Under the pieces are notes generated by a model. The model was not told the DNA's origin and did no database searches. It worked only from the letters and a program-made list of their open reading frames with translations. The position numbers and the translations under genes are program-made. From Dehalococcoidia bacterium (GTDB taxonomy: Bacteria > Chloroflexota > Dehalococcoidia > Plut-88900), in NCBI GenBank assembly GCA_965197645.1, contig OZ240219.1, forward strand, positions 2,752,001 to 2,816,000: a DNA stretch of 64,000 bases, in the 5' to 3' direction. Below are positions 51,095-60,323 of the stretch, piece by piece (the first letter of the stretch is position 1; each line of letters opens with the position of its first letter).

Positions 51095-52225
51095 CTACAC
51101 CTCAAGCGTTATCCGGTCTCTGTACAGGTCCATCGAGTTGTCCCACAGGATCTTCCGCTTCGCATCCTCGGGGATGGGCCGCCCCAACAGCTCGTTTACC
51201 GCACCCGGGAAGGGGGCGTCGGGGTGGGGGTAGTCCGTGTTGAAGATTATGTTACTACCCTCCAGATAGTCGACCACCAGGGGCAACGTGCCTTCATCGG
51301 CGTCGCACGATACCGAGCATTGACGGTAGAAGTAGTCGCTGGGCTTCATCGACACCGAGGCCCCGTGCATGAAACGGGCCTGCCTGCCGGTGCCGTGGTC
51401 GTCCAGGCGGGCCAGCCAGTAGGGCACCCAGCCTGCGTTGGCCTCGTAGAACCCGCACCGCAGGTTGGGATAGCGCTCCAGCACGTCGCCGAAGATCAGG
51501 TCGGCCAGGGACAACATCAGGTCCACGGGGAAGGAGATGGCGTGGGCCACAGTCTTCATCTCCCCCTGGTACTGGCCAAAGAGGGAGTCCTGGGAGCCTC
51601 CGCCGTGGAAGGCGGCGGGCAGGCCTTCGCTCTCCAGCAGCTGCCACAGGCCCTCGAATTTATCGTCGCACCACTTCTGGCCCTCTCCCAAATCTATGAA
51701 CCCCGCCAGGGTCACCGCCGCCACTGCCGGATTGGAAGCTATGCGGTTCACCTCTCGCAGAGCCTCCCCGCCGTCACCCGGGCTTGCCAGCGCCACGAAC
51801 GATACTCTGCCCGAAGAGTCGCTGCAGAAGTCGGTGGCCCAGTTGTTGTAGGCCCGTACTAGGGCCGCCTGCAGATTGATGTCCTTTATGGAGTTGGATG
51901 TGGCAAGAGCCCCGTTGGTGGGGAAGCAGACCTGAATGTCCACTCCTTCGTCGTCCATATGGTCCAGGCGGCTGGGCATGCTCCACCAGCTGCGGTACGC
52001 CTCGCCGTAGCGCTCCTCCATATCGACGTAGCACTCCTCGCCAAAGGTGCTTTCGTAGCCCTCGGGAAAGATCTCGCAGGGGGCGTAGTTGTGGAGCGAC
52101 CTGCTGACGTGTCCGTTGACCTTGGGCGCCCTATCCTTGAAGGCGGGCTCGGTGTAGTTGTCCCACATATCCATGGGCTCGAGCATGTGGCCGTCGCCGT
52201 CGATGATCTTGAATCCGTTCTTCAT
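51095..52225 (-). CDS. Amidohydrolase family protein
   Basis: IDGDGH, AYNNW, FHGG, EANAGW, NTDYPHPD. Confidence 0.88.
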   Translation of the reverse strand: MKNGFKIIDGDGHMLEPMDMWDNYTEPAFKDRAPKVNGHVSRSLHNYAPCEIFPEGYESTFGEECYVDMEERYGEAYRSWWSMPSRLDHMDDEGVDIQVCFPTNGALATSNSIKDINLQAALVRAYNNWATDFCSDSSGRVSFVALASPGDGGEALREVNRIASNPAVAAVTLAGFIDLGEGQKWCDDKFEGLWQLLESEGLPAAFHGGGSQDSLFGQYQGEMKTVAHAISFPVDLMLSLADLIFGDVLERYPNLRCGFYEANAGWVPYWLARLDDHGTGRQARFMHGASVSMKPSDYFYRQCSVSCDADEGTLPLVVDYLEGSNIIFNTDYPHPDAPFPGAVNELLGRPIPEDAKRKILWDNSMDLYRDRITLEV

Positions 52226-52283
52226 AGTTCGCCTCGATTACCTACTACTTGGGGAGCCTATCTCTTCACCGGGGAAACTGTGT

Positions 52284-53267
52284 CTAGTTCGCTACCACGC
52301 GGATTACCCAGACGCCGGGAAGGCCATCCATCATCAGGCTCCAGCTATCGCCGCCATCCTCGCTCCGGTAGATCTCGCCATCGGTGTTGCCGGCATAGAC
52401 CACGTCGGGATTGTTGGGGTCAATGGTCAGGCCCCGCACCATGCCGTGGAACATATCTGGCAGGCCGTTGGTGAGAGGTTCCCACGTATCCCCCGCATCG
52501 TTGCTGCGGTAGATTATCGCCTCGGCGCCGGTGGGACGGCTGAAGCTGGGGGGCGGATCGCTGGCGGCTGCAGTGAACACCACCTGCGGATCGTCCGGCC
52601 TGACCACCACCGGATGAGTGTAATCGTTATTGATCCCTTCGAAAGCAAACTTCCAGGTCTTGGCCCGGTCCGTAGAACGATAGAAGCCCTCCCCCGTGGT
52701 GGAGTAGACGATGTCCGGATTGCCCGGATTGCCCAGCAGGTAGTGAACGTCCTCGTAGATGCCCTCGCCGTACTCCTCCCACGTATCGCCGCCGTCCAGG
52801 CTGCGGAGAATTCCTCCCACCTCGACACCGGCGAACACCGTCTGAGGATCTCCCGCCACAAAGCTGAACGTCCTGACGTGAGCAACGAAGGGCGGCGCCG
52901 GGAAGGACCAGTTGGAGTAGTTGGGGACCTCCTTGACCTCGGTCAGCTCCTGCCAGCTGTTGCCGCCGTCCAAGCTGCGGAAGACGCCGGCGGGTTCGGT
53001 GCCGGCGAACAGCACCGATGGATCGTGGGGCGAGACCGCCAGCCCGCGGACATCAGCCTCCAGGGTCCTGCTCCACGAGTTCAAAGCGCCCTCCGATTTG
53101 TACACCCCGTCCCGCGGCAGACCGGTGTACAGCCTGCCACTCTCGGTAAGCTCCAGCTTCTCGATGAACTTGTCCTCCAGCCCCGAGTCTGTCGTCTCCC
53201 ACGAGCCGTTGCCGCCCTCCAGGGCCAAGATGCCGGACTCGGTGCCTATGTACAGCTTTGTACCCAT
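52284..53267 (-). CDS. BNR/YVTN beta-propeller repeat protein
   Basis: Repeated SxDGGxxW Asp-box motifs; AGTEPAGVFRS. Confidence 0.85.
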   Translation of the reverse strand: MGTKLYIGTESGILALEGGNGSWETTDSGLEDKFIEKLELTESGRLYTGLPRDGVYKSEGALNSWSRTLEADVRGLAVSPHDPSVLFAGTEPAGVFRSLDGGNSWQELTEVKEVPNYSNWSFPAPPFVAHVRTFSFVAGDPQTVFAGVEVGGILRSLDGGDTWEEYGEGIYEDVHYLLGNPGNPDIVYSTTGEGFYRSTDRAKTWKFAFEGINNDYTHPVVVRPDDPQVVFTAAASDPPPSFSRPTGAEAIIYRSNDAGDTWEPLTNGLPDMFHGMVRGLTIDPNNPDVVYAGNTDGEIYRSEDGGDSWSLMMDGLPGVWVIRVVAN

Positions 53268-53403
53268 ACCTTCGCTCCCTCCCTTATCCATCTGCGTCTC
53301 CACGGAGTCCTGGGGAATTTCTAACATTATATAGTATTAGCGCCGTACACTTTTCCAGTAGAGGCCTGAATTCCATCCCAAAGACCGGGTGAGCGCCGAC
53401 CAC

Positions 53404-53454
53404 TTGACCTGTCGGTCTGCGAACCTTAAACTAACGATAGTTAGTTGTAAGGTT
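53404..53454 (+). promoter_or_regulatory. Promoter with an overlapping palindromic operator
   Basis: TTGACC-17-TAAACT overlapped by AACCTTA-AACTAAC-GATA-GTTAGTT-G-TAAGGTT inverted repeat. Confidence 0.6.
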
Positions 53455-53499
53455 AGTCTGTAGAGAAACCACCGAAACGCAACACGAGGGAGAAGAGGC

Positions 53500-53844
53500 A
53501 TGATCACGGTAACACCCGTAGCTCTTGGCAAGATCAAGGAGTTCATGGTAGAGCAGGACGAGGCGGAAGCATCCCTCAGGGTGATGATAGCCGGGATGGG
53601 CTGCGGCGGACCTCAGTACATGATGAGCTTGGACGACGAGACCAAGGAAGAAGACCTCCAAGTCCAGCACGACGGCATCACTATCATCGTCGACCCTCAG
53701 AGCGCCCCAATGCTCGAGGGCTCGGAGATCGACTTCGTCGAGTCTCTGGACAAGTCCGGCTTTACGGTCAACAACCCCAACTTCGAGATGCCTGCCGGTG
53801 GTGGCGGCTGCGGAGGTAACTGCTCCTGCGGACGCGGCGGCTAG
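53500..53844 (+). CDS. HesB/IscA-type Fe-S cluster assembly protein
   Basis: GCGGPQY, IDFVE...GF.V.NPN, C-terminal CSCG. Confidence 0.9.
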   Translation: MITVTPVALGKIKEFMVEQDEAEASLRVMIAGMGCGGPQYMMSLDDETKEEDLQVQHDGITIIVDPQSAPMLEGSEIDFVESLDKSGFTVNNPNFEMPAGGGGCGGNCSCGRGG

Positions 53845-53867
53845 ACCCGTTTCCTCCAAACGACTTC

Positions 53868-53902
53868 AAAGGGCCGGCCCGATGTAATCGGGCCGGCCCT
53901 TT
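53868..53902. terminator. Bidirectional intrinsic terminator
   Basis: AAAGGGCCGGCCCGAT-GTA-ATCGGGCCGGCCCTTT between convergent genes. Confidence 0.85.
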
Positions 53903-53921
53903 AGCTTTCCAACGAGCTCGA

Positions 53922-54419
53922 CTACAGACTGCCGCCCATGAAGTCCAGCGCCAGCTGCAACGCTCTATCGGCAGTGCGGTTCATGTTTCCCACCCGGTCC
54001 GTCGAGTTCCAGTTCTCCTCGATGACGAACTCCCGACCGTCACGGCTGGCCAGGGCTATTGTTACCTCACCGGGCATCTTGCCGCTCCGCCCGCCCGTAG
54101 GCCCCGCCCATCCCGACTCTGCCAGGGCGATGTCGCTATCCGTAAAGGTGCGCACGCCTCTGGCCAGGGCCTTGACCACGTTGGGCCCGCCCGGCCCTTC
54201 CTCGTCCATCAGGCTGCTCGAAACCCCACCGATATCCTTCCATAGGGCCATGCTCTCGTAGCAGATGATGCCGCCTACGAAGAACCTGGAGGCGCCCGGC
54301 ACCGAGATCAGCTTGCTTCCCAGCAGTCCTCCCGTGTCCACCTCCCCGACGCTGACCGTCCAGCCCCTCTCCAACAGCTGTTGCGCTACCGCTTCTGCCA
54401 GGTCCGGCTTTCCCGTCAT
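53922..54419 (-). CDS. CinA C-terminal (PncC-like) domain protein
   Basis: E..TGGL...L.SVPGAS.FF.GG..CY; SG.AGPTGG...PG.V.IA. Confidence 0.8.
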   Translation of the reverse strand: MTGKPDLAEAVAQQLLERGWTVSVGEVDTGGLLGSKLISVPGASRFFVGGIICYESMALWKDIGGVSSSLMDEEGPGGPNVVKALARGVRTFTDSDIALAESGWAGPTGGRSGKMPGEVTIALASRDGREFVIEENWNSTDRVGNMNRTADRALQLALDFMGGSL

Positions 54420-54443
54420 GGCGATGGTCCTTCGGCTCCAGCG

Positions 54444-56462
54444 TTACGGCTGGACCCGTTTGCGTTTGTTGGATATGTAGTCGACCAGGATATACTCGCC
54501 GAGCCGCTCCGGCGTGGTGTAGAAGGCCCGGCCCTTGTTGATCTTCGTTACCTGGTTGACGAAATCCATCAGATAGTAGCTGGTGTCCAGCATGAAGATG
54601 TTTAGCGTGATGGCATCACGAGTGACCCGTTTGACCTCCCGGAGAGTGGCCTGGACCGTTTCCATGCTGGGGGGATACCAGAAGAAGGCCTGGTTGTCTT
54701 CCAGGTGGGCCGTGGGTTCGCCGTCGGTGACCATTATTATCTGCTTGTTATCGCACTTTCGCTTGGCCAAGAGCTTCCGAGCCAGCATCAGGGCGTGATG
54801 CATGTTGGTGCCGGGATAGTCTCCAGCGCAGTCGACTTCGGGTAGCATCTCGGCCTTCAGCTCCTGGGCGTACGCCGCGAACCCGATTATGTAGAAATCG
54901 TCCCGGGGGAACTGGGTAGTTATCAGGCTCTGCAGAGCCAGGGCCACCTTCTTGGCTCCAAACCAAGCGCCGCTTATGTCCATCGAGCGGCTCTGGTCCA
55001 GCAGCAGTACCGTAGCGCTGCGTGTGACGTGCTCCGGGCGGTAGATCTCCAGGTCCTCCGGGAGGAGCTTCACCGGCACCCCGGCACCTCCCCTCTCGAC
55101 CGCGTTGAGTAGGGTCTTTTGCATATGAATAGAGAAGGGGTCTCCGTACTCGTAGGTCTTGGTCTCGTCTATGTCCTCAACCGCCAGACCCCGATTGCGT
55201 ATGTCGTGGGCCCCTTGCCTGTCTTTTTTCAAGTTCTGGAATATGTCTCGAAGGGCCTTCTGACCTATGCGTCGCAGCCCCTTGGGAGTCAGCTCCAGCC
55301 GGTTGCCTCTGTGACGGATGTATCCCGCCTCCTCCAGCTCCTTCACCAGGTTTTCCAGCGCCTCGATCTCCTGTCTAGCCTCATCTCCTAGGACCTGCTG
55401 GATCTTCTCCGTATCGATCCCCTCCAGGGCACGGCTACGCATCGCCTGTTCCAGCTGCTTCTCCAGCGATTCCACATCCTGGAGCTGCTCCATCAGCTTC
55501 ATCGCCTCTTCCCAGGAGACCTGCTCTTCTCCCTGGAAGGGGTACAGGTCTCGAAACTCCTCCGAGGGGAACAGTGACTCCAAGTTCATTGCCATTTCGC
55601 CCAGCAGGTCCCGAAGCTCGTTGTCCAGTATTTGAGACTCCAACAGGTCCTGCAGGGACTGCTGCATCTCCGGCGAGAGGCTGTCCATCAAAGACTGCAT
55701 CTGGCCTATCTGTCTCTGGAGCTGCTCTATGAAGTCCTCCAGGTTATCGGGAGCTCCGGGGAAGAACTGGCCGTACCGCTGCATAAAGCCCTGGTAGTCG
55801 GGATCGAGGCCCATGCGCTGTTGCTCCATCATCTCGTTCAGCGCCTGGAGCATGTCTTTCATGGCGTCGAGCTGCTCCGGAGTCATCTGCTTGAGCCGCT
55901 CCTCCATGTCCTTGACGTAAGGCTCCAGCATTCGCTGGCGGAGCATATCGAGGAGCTCTTGGAACTCCTGGCGCGCCTCGTCATCGACGAAATCGTAGTC
56001 GCTCAGTGCTTTGACGGTGCCACCGAAGCTGTCCGGCAGATCGTCGAGGAACTGTTGCTTCTTCGATACCATATCTTCGAGCAGCTTCTTGAGGCTATCG
56101 CCGTCTTCTACGTCAGCCGGCGCCTCCTTGGAGGCGTCATCCATCCTCTTCTCCAGCCCCTCCCGCTCCTTCTGTACTATCGAGTCCAGCTTGTCCTTCA
56201 GCTCATCGAACATCGAGTCCAGGTTGTATTGGCCCAGCTGCTGGTCCCGCTTCTGCTTGAGGCGCTTCAGCAGGTCTTTCAGTCCGGCCATGCGCTGACC
56301 CTGGCGGGTGGTCATGCCCCGCTCCATCATTCGTCTCATGGCGGTCTGCAGATCGCCGTAAGTGAGCAGGTCCTGCTCCAATGCGTCAAGCAGCTCCTCC
56401 GGGGCTATCTGGAAGGGTTCACTGCTGCCGTCCCAACGTGAGTATCTGTAGCTAATGACCAT
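54444..56462 (-). CDS. VWA domain-containing protein (partner of chelatase-like AAA+ ATPase)
   Basis: YRYSRWDG N-terminus; MIDAS DQSRSM, TNM, TDGEPT. Confidence 0.88.
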   Translation of the reverse strand: MVISYRYSRWDGSSEPFQIAPEELLDALEQDLLTYGDLQTAMRRMMERGMTTRQGQRMAGLKDLLKRLKQKRDQQLGQYNLDSMFDELKDKLDSIVQKEREGLEKRMDDASKEAPADVEDGDSLKKLLEDMVSKKQQFLDDLPDSFGGTVKALSDYDFVDDEARQEFQELLDMLRQRMLEPYVKDMEERLKQMTPEQLDAMKDMLQALNEMMEQQRMGLDPDYQGFMQRYGQFFPGAPDNLEDFIEQLQRQIGQMQSLMDSLSPEMQQSLQDLLESQILDNELRDLLGEMAMNLESLFPSEEFRDLYPFQGEEQVSWEEAMKLMEQLQDVESLEKQLEQAMRSRALEGIDTEKIQQVLGDEARQEIEALENLVKELEEAGYIRHRGNRLELTPKGLRRIGQKALRDIFQNLKKDRQGAHDIRNRGLAVEDIDETKTYEYGDPFSIHMQKTLLNAVERGGAGVPVKLLPEDLEIYRPEHVTRSATVLLLDQSRSMDISGAWFGAKKVALALQSLITTQFPRDDFYIIGFAAYAQELKAEMLPEVDCAGDYPGTNMHHALMLARKLLAKRKCDNKQIIMVTDGEPTAHLEDNQAFFWYPPSMETVQATLREVKRVTRDAITLNIFMLDTSYYLMDFVNQVTKINKGRAFYTTPERLGEYILVDYISNKRKRVQP

Positions 56463-56585
56463 CTTGTCCTCTGGCCGTCTGCTCAGGCGTCCACTTCGTC
56501 GAGCCGTCCCTTGCAGGATACCACAGACCACCGACTTGAAGTCCGTCTCCCCGCTATTTGTTGCGCTGTCCGGTCCCAGCCGGCT

Positions 56586-57509
56586 TTACGTCCTCAAGCT
56601 TGCCACGGTGGCCTCGAGACCCTCTGCCAGGTGCATCCGGGGCCTCCATCCCAGCTCCCGCTCGGCTTTCGAGCAGTCGAGGTAGGTCCTCATCACCTCC
56701 CCGTCTCTGGGCGGGGCGTAGTAGGGTTCTTGCGCGAAACCGGTGATTCGCTTCAGAAGTTGAAAAATGGAGTTAACCGTCGTACCCACTCCGGTGCCGA
56801 TGTTGTAGGCCTGACCGTCGCCCTTCTCCATACACCGCAGACAGGCGTCCACCACGTCCTCTACGTATACGAAGTCCCGCTCCTGGTCACCGGTGCCGAA
56901 GATAGTAACCCTCTCTTGTTTGAGCAGCAGCTCGGTGAAGATGGCCACCACGCCGGCCTCTCCGTGAGGGTCCTGTCTCGGGCCGTAGACGTTGGCAAAT
57001 CGCAGGGTGGTGTACCTCAGCCCGGACAGCCGGTTGTAGGTGGGCAGATACAGCTCGACGGCCAGCTTGGAAATGCCGTAGGGCGACATGGGGTTCAACG
57101 GGTGCGATTCGGCACAGGGCAACGTTCGGGGCTCGCCGTAAATCGCTCCGCCGCTGGATATGTTGATGAGCTTCTCCACCTCGTTGTTCCGGCAGTGGTC
57201 CAACAGATGGAGCGATCCGATCAAGTTAACGTCCGCGTCCTGGGTCGGCTGGCCCATGGATACGGCTATGCTGGTCTGGGCCGCAAAGTGGAAGACGAAC
57301 CGAGGCTGCTCTTCCTGGAACACCCGGCCGAGCCTCGGGTCCCGGATATCCAGGTCTATTAGCTGGGCCTCTCCGTTGACGTTGTCCTGCTTACCCACGA
57401 CCAGGTTGTCTACCGCCAGAACCTGGAACCCTCGCTCGACCAGAAGGTCCACCATATGGGAGCCTATGAAACCAGCCCCACCGGTCACCATAACCTTGTC
57501 GCCAGCCAT
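56586..57509 (-). CDS. NAD-dependent epimerase (UDP-glucose 4-epimerase-like)
   Basis: TGGAGFIG, YGISK, NVYGPRQDP.GEAGVV. Confidence 0.92.
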   Translation of the reverse strand: MAGDKVMVTGGAGFIGSHMVDLLVERGFQVLAVDNLVVGKQDNVNGEAQLIDLDIRDPRLGRVFQEEQPRFVFHFAAQTSIAVSMGQPTQDADVNLIGSLHLLDHCRNNEVEKLINISSGGAIYGEPRTLPCAESHPLNPMSPYGISKLAVELYLPTYNRLSGLRYTTLRFANVYGPRQDPHGEAGVVAIFTELLLKQERVTIFGTGDQERDFVYVEDVVDACLRCMEKGDGQAYNIGTGVGTTVNSIFQLLKRITGFAQEPYYAPPRDGEVMRTYLDCSKAERELGWRPRMHLAEGLEATVASLRT

Positions 57510-57715
57510 CTCGATTACGCCTCCAGCCGACCTTAGCCACTAGCCTTACGAACTGAGGCCGATTTTATCACCTCTCACAACTGGAATGGGTGAGGATGTT
57601 GGACGTTTACTTGGACACCTACTATCATTGGCGCAGCGTTGTTCAGGGGGACCTGAGTTCTTCAGGTGCTCCAGCGTTTTTCGGGACTGTAAGGGAGTTT
57701 TCGGAATAGGTCGTA

Positions 57716-58921
57716 ATGAGTGTAGCCGCACCCGGGCGTCGTAAATTCTTCTTTTTGTTCGCGCTGCCCGCAGGTCATGCCAGCGTCGACTGGCTGGGTT
57801 CCGGAATGTTCCTTCTGGCCCCTGCCATCGCCTTTCACGGCTCGGAAATCAGCCCGGTCCAGATAGGGCTTCTCTTCACCATACGCACCGTCGTCTCCAG
57901 CATGGCCTACATCCCGGCAGGGCTGATGGGCGACAGCATGCGCCGACAAGGCCCTACCATGTTGACCACGTTCTGGTGGGTGGGTCTTGCAGGAGTGGGC
58001 GCCGCCTTTGCCCCCAACTACTGGCTGCTGGTCCTGGCGCTGACCTTCAGCACCTGTGGCAGCACCTTCTGGCACCCCTTCGCCATGGGGTCTATGGCCC
58101 AGCAGATGCCGGAACGCAGGGCCACAGCCATGGCGGTCCACGGCGCGGGCGGCACCGTTGCCGAAGTCTTCGCTCCCCTGCTGATCGGCTTTCTCCTCGC
58201 AACCACGGGGTGGCGGGAAACGTTGTTCATCAACGCTCTGTTTCCTCTCTTGGCCGGCATCGCCCTCATCCAGCTGCGCTCCCTGACCCGAACCGATGGC
58301 GAGACCAGCATATCCATGAAGGACTTCAAGCAGCTGGCCCGGTTCGCCAAGCGACCGGTAGCCCTGGGTATCCTGCTCGCCATGGTGTTGTTCAACATGT
58401 CCACAATAGCTTTCATGAGCATGACGCCCCTCTACCTGAAAGAGGTAAAGCTGTTCTCCTCCGTAGAGGCGGGCATAACCTTAGCGGCTCTGCTGCTTGC
58501 AGGAACCATCGGTTCCCTGCCCATCGGAGCGCTGTCGGACCGCCTGGGTAGAAGACCCGTCGGGCTGGTGGGCCTAGGCATCGGAGGCGCCGCCCTGTGG
58601 GCCGTGACGTTGGCGCCGGGAAACGTCCTGATGGTCGGTGCGATGCTGGTAGCCGGATTCTGCATGATCTCGATGCGGGCGATACTAACGGCCGCGGCCC
58701 TGGACGTAATGCGCCAGCGAGAAGCCACTGTTATCGGGTTCCTATTCGCCATCGGCGAGGGGGTGGGGGCCGTGGGCAGCGTTATCGCCGGAGTCATAGG
58801 GGCCGTCAGTTTGAGCTGGGCGCTGGTCTTCGCCGCTATCCTCGCCTTTGGCGCTGCGGCTGTTATGGGAGCAGTCCCGTTGAACCGGACATCCATGAAA
58901 CCCATTCCTCCAACCCGGTAG
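57716..58921 (+). CDS. Major facilitator superfamily transporter
   Basis: About 12 hydrophobic segments; GALSDRLGRR motif. Confidence 0.88.
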   Translation: MSVAAPGRRKFFFLFALPAGHASVDWLGSGMFLLAPAIAFHGSEISPVQIGLLFTIRTVVSSMAYIPAGLMGDSMRRQGPTMLTTFWWVGLAGVGAAFAPNYWLLVLALTFSTCGSTFWHPFAMGSMAQQMPERRATAMAVHGAGGTVAEVFAPLLIGFLLATTGWRETLFINALFPLLAGIALIQLRSLTRTDGETSISMKDFKQLARFAKRPVALGILLAMVLFNMSTIAFMSMTPLYLKEVKLFSSVEAGITLAALLLAGTIGSLPIGALSDRLGRRPVGLVGLGIGGAALWAVTLAPGNVLMVGAMLVAGFCMISMRAILTAAALDVMRQREATVIGFLFAIGEGVGAVGSVIAGVIGAVSLSWALVFAAILAFGAAAVMGAVPLNRTSMKPIPPTR

Positions 58922-59008
58922 GTCGCATACTACGCCTTCCGCCGTTTGCATTCCCACCCCTGATCTCATATATTGGGCGTCGGGCCCGACCCAGTCGATA
59001 CCTTACCC

Positions 59009-60049
59009 ATGACCTCAACCGGAGAAAGTACAGGCACGGCTCCGAATATCGTCGTTATCGGCGGTGGCACCGGTAACTACGTCGTGCTCAAAGGCCTCAA
59101 GCAACACACACCCAACCTCACCGCTATTGTCGCCATGAGCGATAGTGGAGGAAGCTCCGGACGCCTGCGGGACGAGCTGGGTCATCTGCCCCCCGGCGAC
59201 CTGAGACAGTGCCTGGTTGCCCTGGCCCCGGACAGCCACTCTGACCTCATCCTTCGCCAGCTGTTCGACTATCGCTTCGACCGGGGCACAGGCCTGGAGG
59301 GCCACAGCTTCGGCAACCTGTTCCTAGCCGCGCTAACAGAGATTTCCGGCAGCATCGCCGACGCCATCCTGGAGGCCGGCAGAATGCTCAATATCAAGGG
59401 CAGGGTCTTGCCGGTGACCCTGACCAAGACCAACCTTCACGCCAAGCTGGTTGATGGCTCCGAGGTGATCGGAGAAGCCAGCATCGACGTCCGGCGGGAG
59501 AAAGTCGGCGTCCGAATCGACTACGTTTACCTGAGTCCCAAGGCCTACATACATCCTCCGGCCATCACGGCTATCCAGGAGGCGGACCTGGTAATCATGG
59601 GCCCTGGAGACCTGTACACCAGCATCATCCCCAATCTGCTCGTCGACGGTCTCAGTGACGCCATCCGCCACTCCAATGCCCAGGTGGTGCACGTATGTAA
59701 CCTGATGACCAAGCCCGGCGAGTCCGATTCCTTCAAGGCCTCCGACTTTGTGAAGGAGGTCACGGAGTACATGGGCGCCGGCGCCCGCATCGATCACCTG
59801 CTTCTCAATACCGCTCCCATGCCGCAGAAGCTGGTGGACCGGTACAAACGAGCCGATGCCTACCCCGTGGAAGCGGACATCGACGAGTGCCGGGCCATCG
59901 TGCCCAACATCGTCCAGCTGCCGATGCTCGCTTCAGGGGCCACCCTGCGCCACGACTCCTATGCCCTCGCTCAAGCGATCATGGAGATAGCAGGGTCGGC
60001 GTCCTTCCGATCGAAGGACGCCACCGGGGCCGAGCTGGCCGCCGGTTAG
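59009..60049 (+). CDS. YvcK/CofD family protein (gluconeogenesis factor)
   Basis: IGGGTG, DSGGSSGRLR, PPGDLR, GHSFGNL, GPGDLYTSIIPNL, RHD. Confidence 0.92.
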   Translation: MTSTGESTGTAPNIVVIGGGTGNYVVLKGLKQHTPNLTAIVAMSDSGGSSGRLRDELGHLPPGDLRQCLVALAPDSHSDLILRQLFDYRFDRGTGLEGHSFGNLFLAALTEISGSIADAILEAGRMLNIKGRVLPVTLTKTNLHAKLVDGSEVIGEASIDVRREKVGVRIDYVYLSPKAYIHPPAITAIQEADLVIMGPGDLYTSIIPNLLVDGLSDAIRHSNAQVVHVCNLMTKPGESDSFKASDFVKEVTEYMGAGARIDHLLLNTAPMPQKLVDRYKRADAYPVEADIDECRAIVPNIVQLPMLASGATLRHDSYALAQAIMEIAGSASFRSKDATGAELAAG

Positions 60050-60082
60050 CTCACCCCCCGCCCGGTCTGTTTGCCCTGCCAC

Positions 60083-60106
60083 CCACCCCGGATTGCATCC
60101 GTAGGC
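60083..60106. repeat. 24-bp REP-like sequence, copy 1 (copy 2 at 63656-63679)
   Basis: CCACCCCGGATTGCATCCGTAGGC identical at both sites. Confidence 0.8.
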
Positions 60107-60168
60107 GTCATGCCCCCTACCTCAAGAAGGGTCTTACTTACGAGGAAATCAATCGTGTATACTTCCAA

Positions 60169-60318
60169 ATGAGTCGCCTGCAGCACAGGATTAATCGTTG
60201 CCGCTGATCCAGCGGTGACCTTTGCCGAGGTTGGCTCTACGCTCGGTGCTGAGTCAGTATCCATGATTCCACTGGCACCATTTCCGAGGAAAGCGAAATT
60301 CAGTTGCAGGCGACTCAT
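60169..60318 (+). ncRNA. Retron msr-msd ncRNA
   Basis: Perfect 14-bp inverted repeat ATGAGTCGCCTGCA (60169-60182) / TGCAGGCGACTCAT (60305-60318); G60183 follows the 5' arm; internal hairpin CCGCTG-ATC-CAGCGG; ends 5 nt before the RT ATG. Confidence 0.85.
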
Positions 60319-60323
60319 ATTTT

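Noticed and set aside
53500-53844. HesB-like selenoprotein
   Set aside because: The motif is encoded as Cys (TGC), with no in-frame TGA.
60046-60318. 90-aa minus-strand ORF as a retron effector
   Set aside because: Antisense to the msr-msd region and the REP-like motif, with no recognisable domain.
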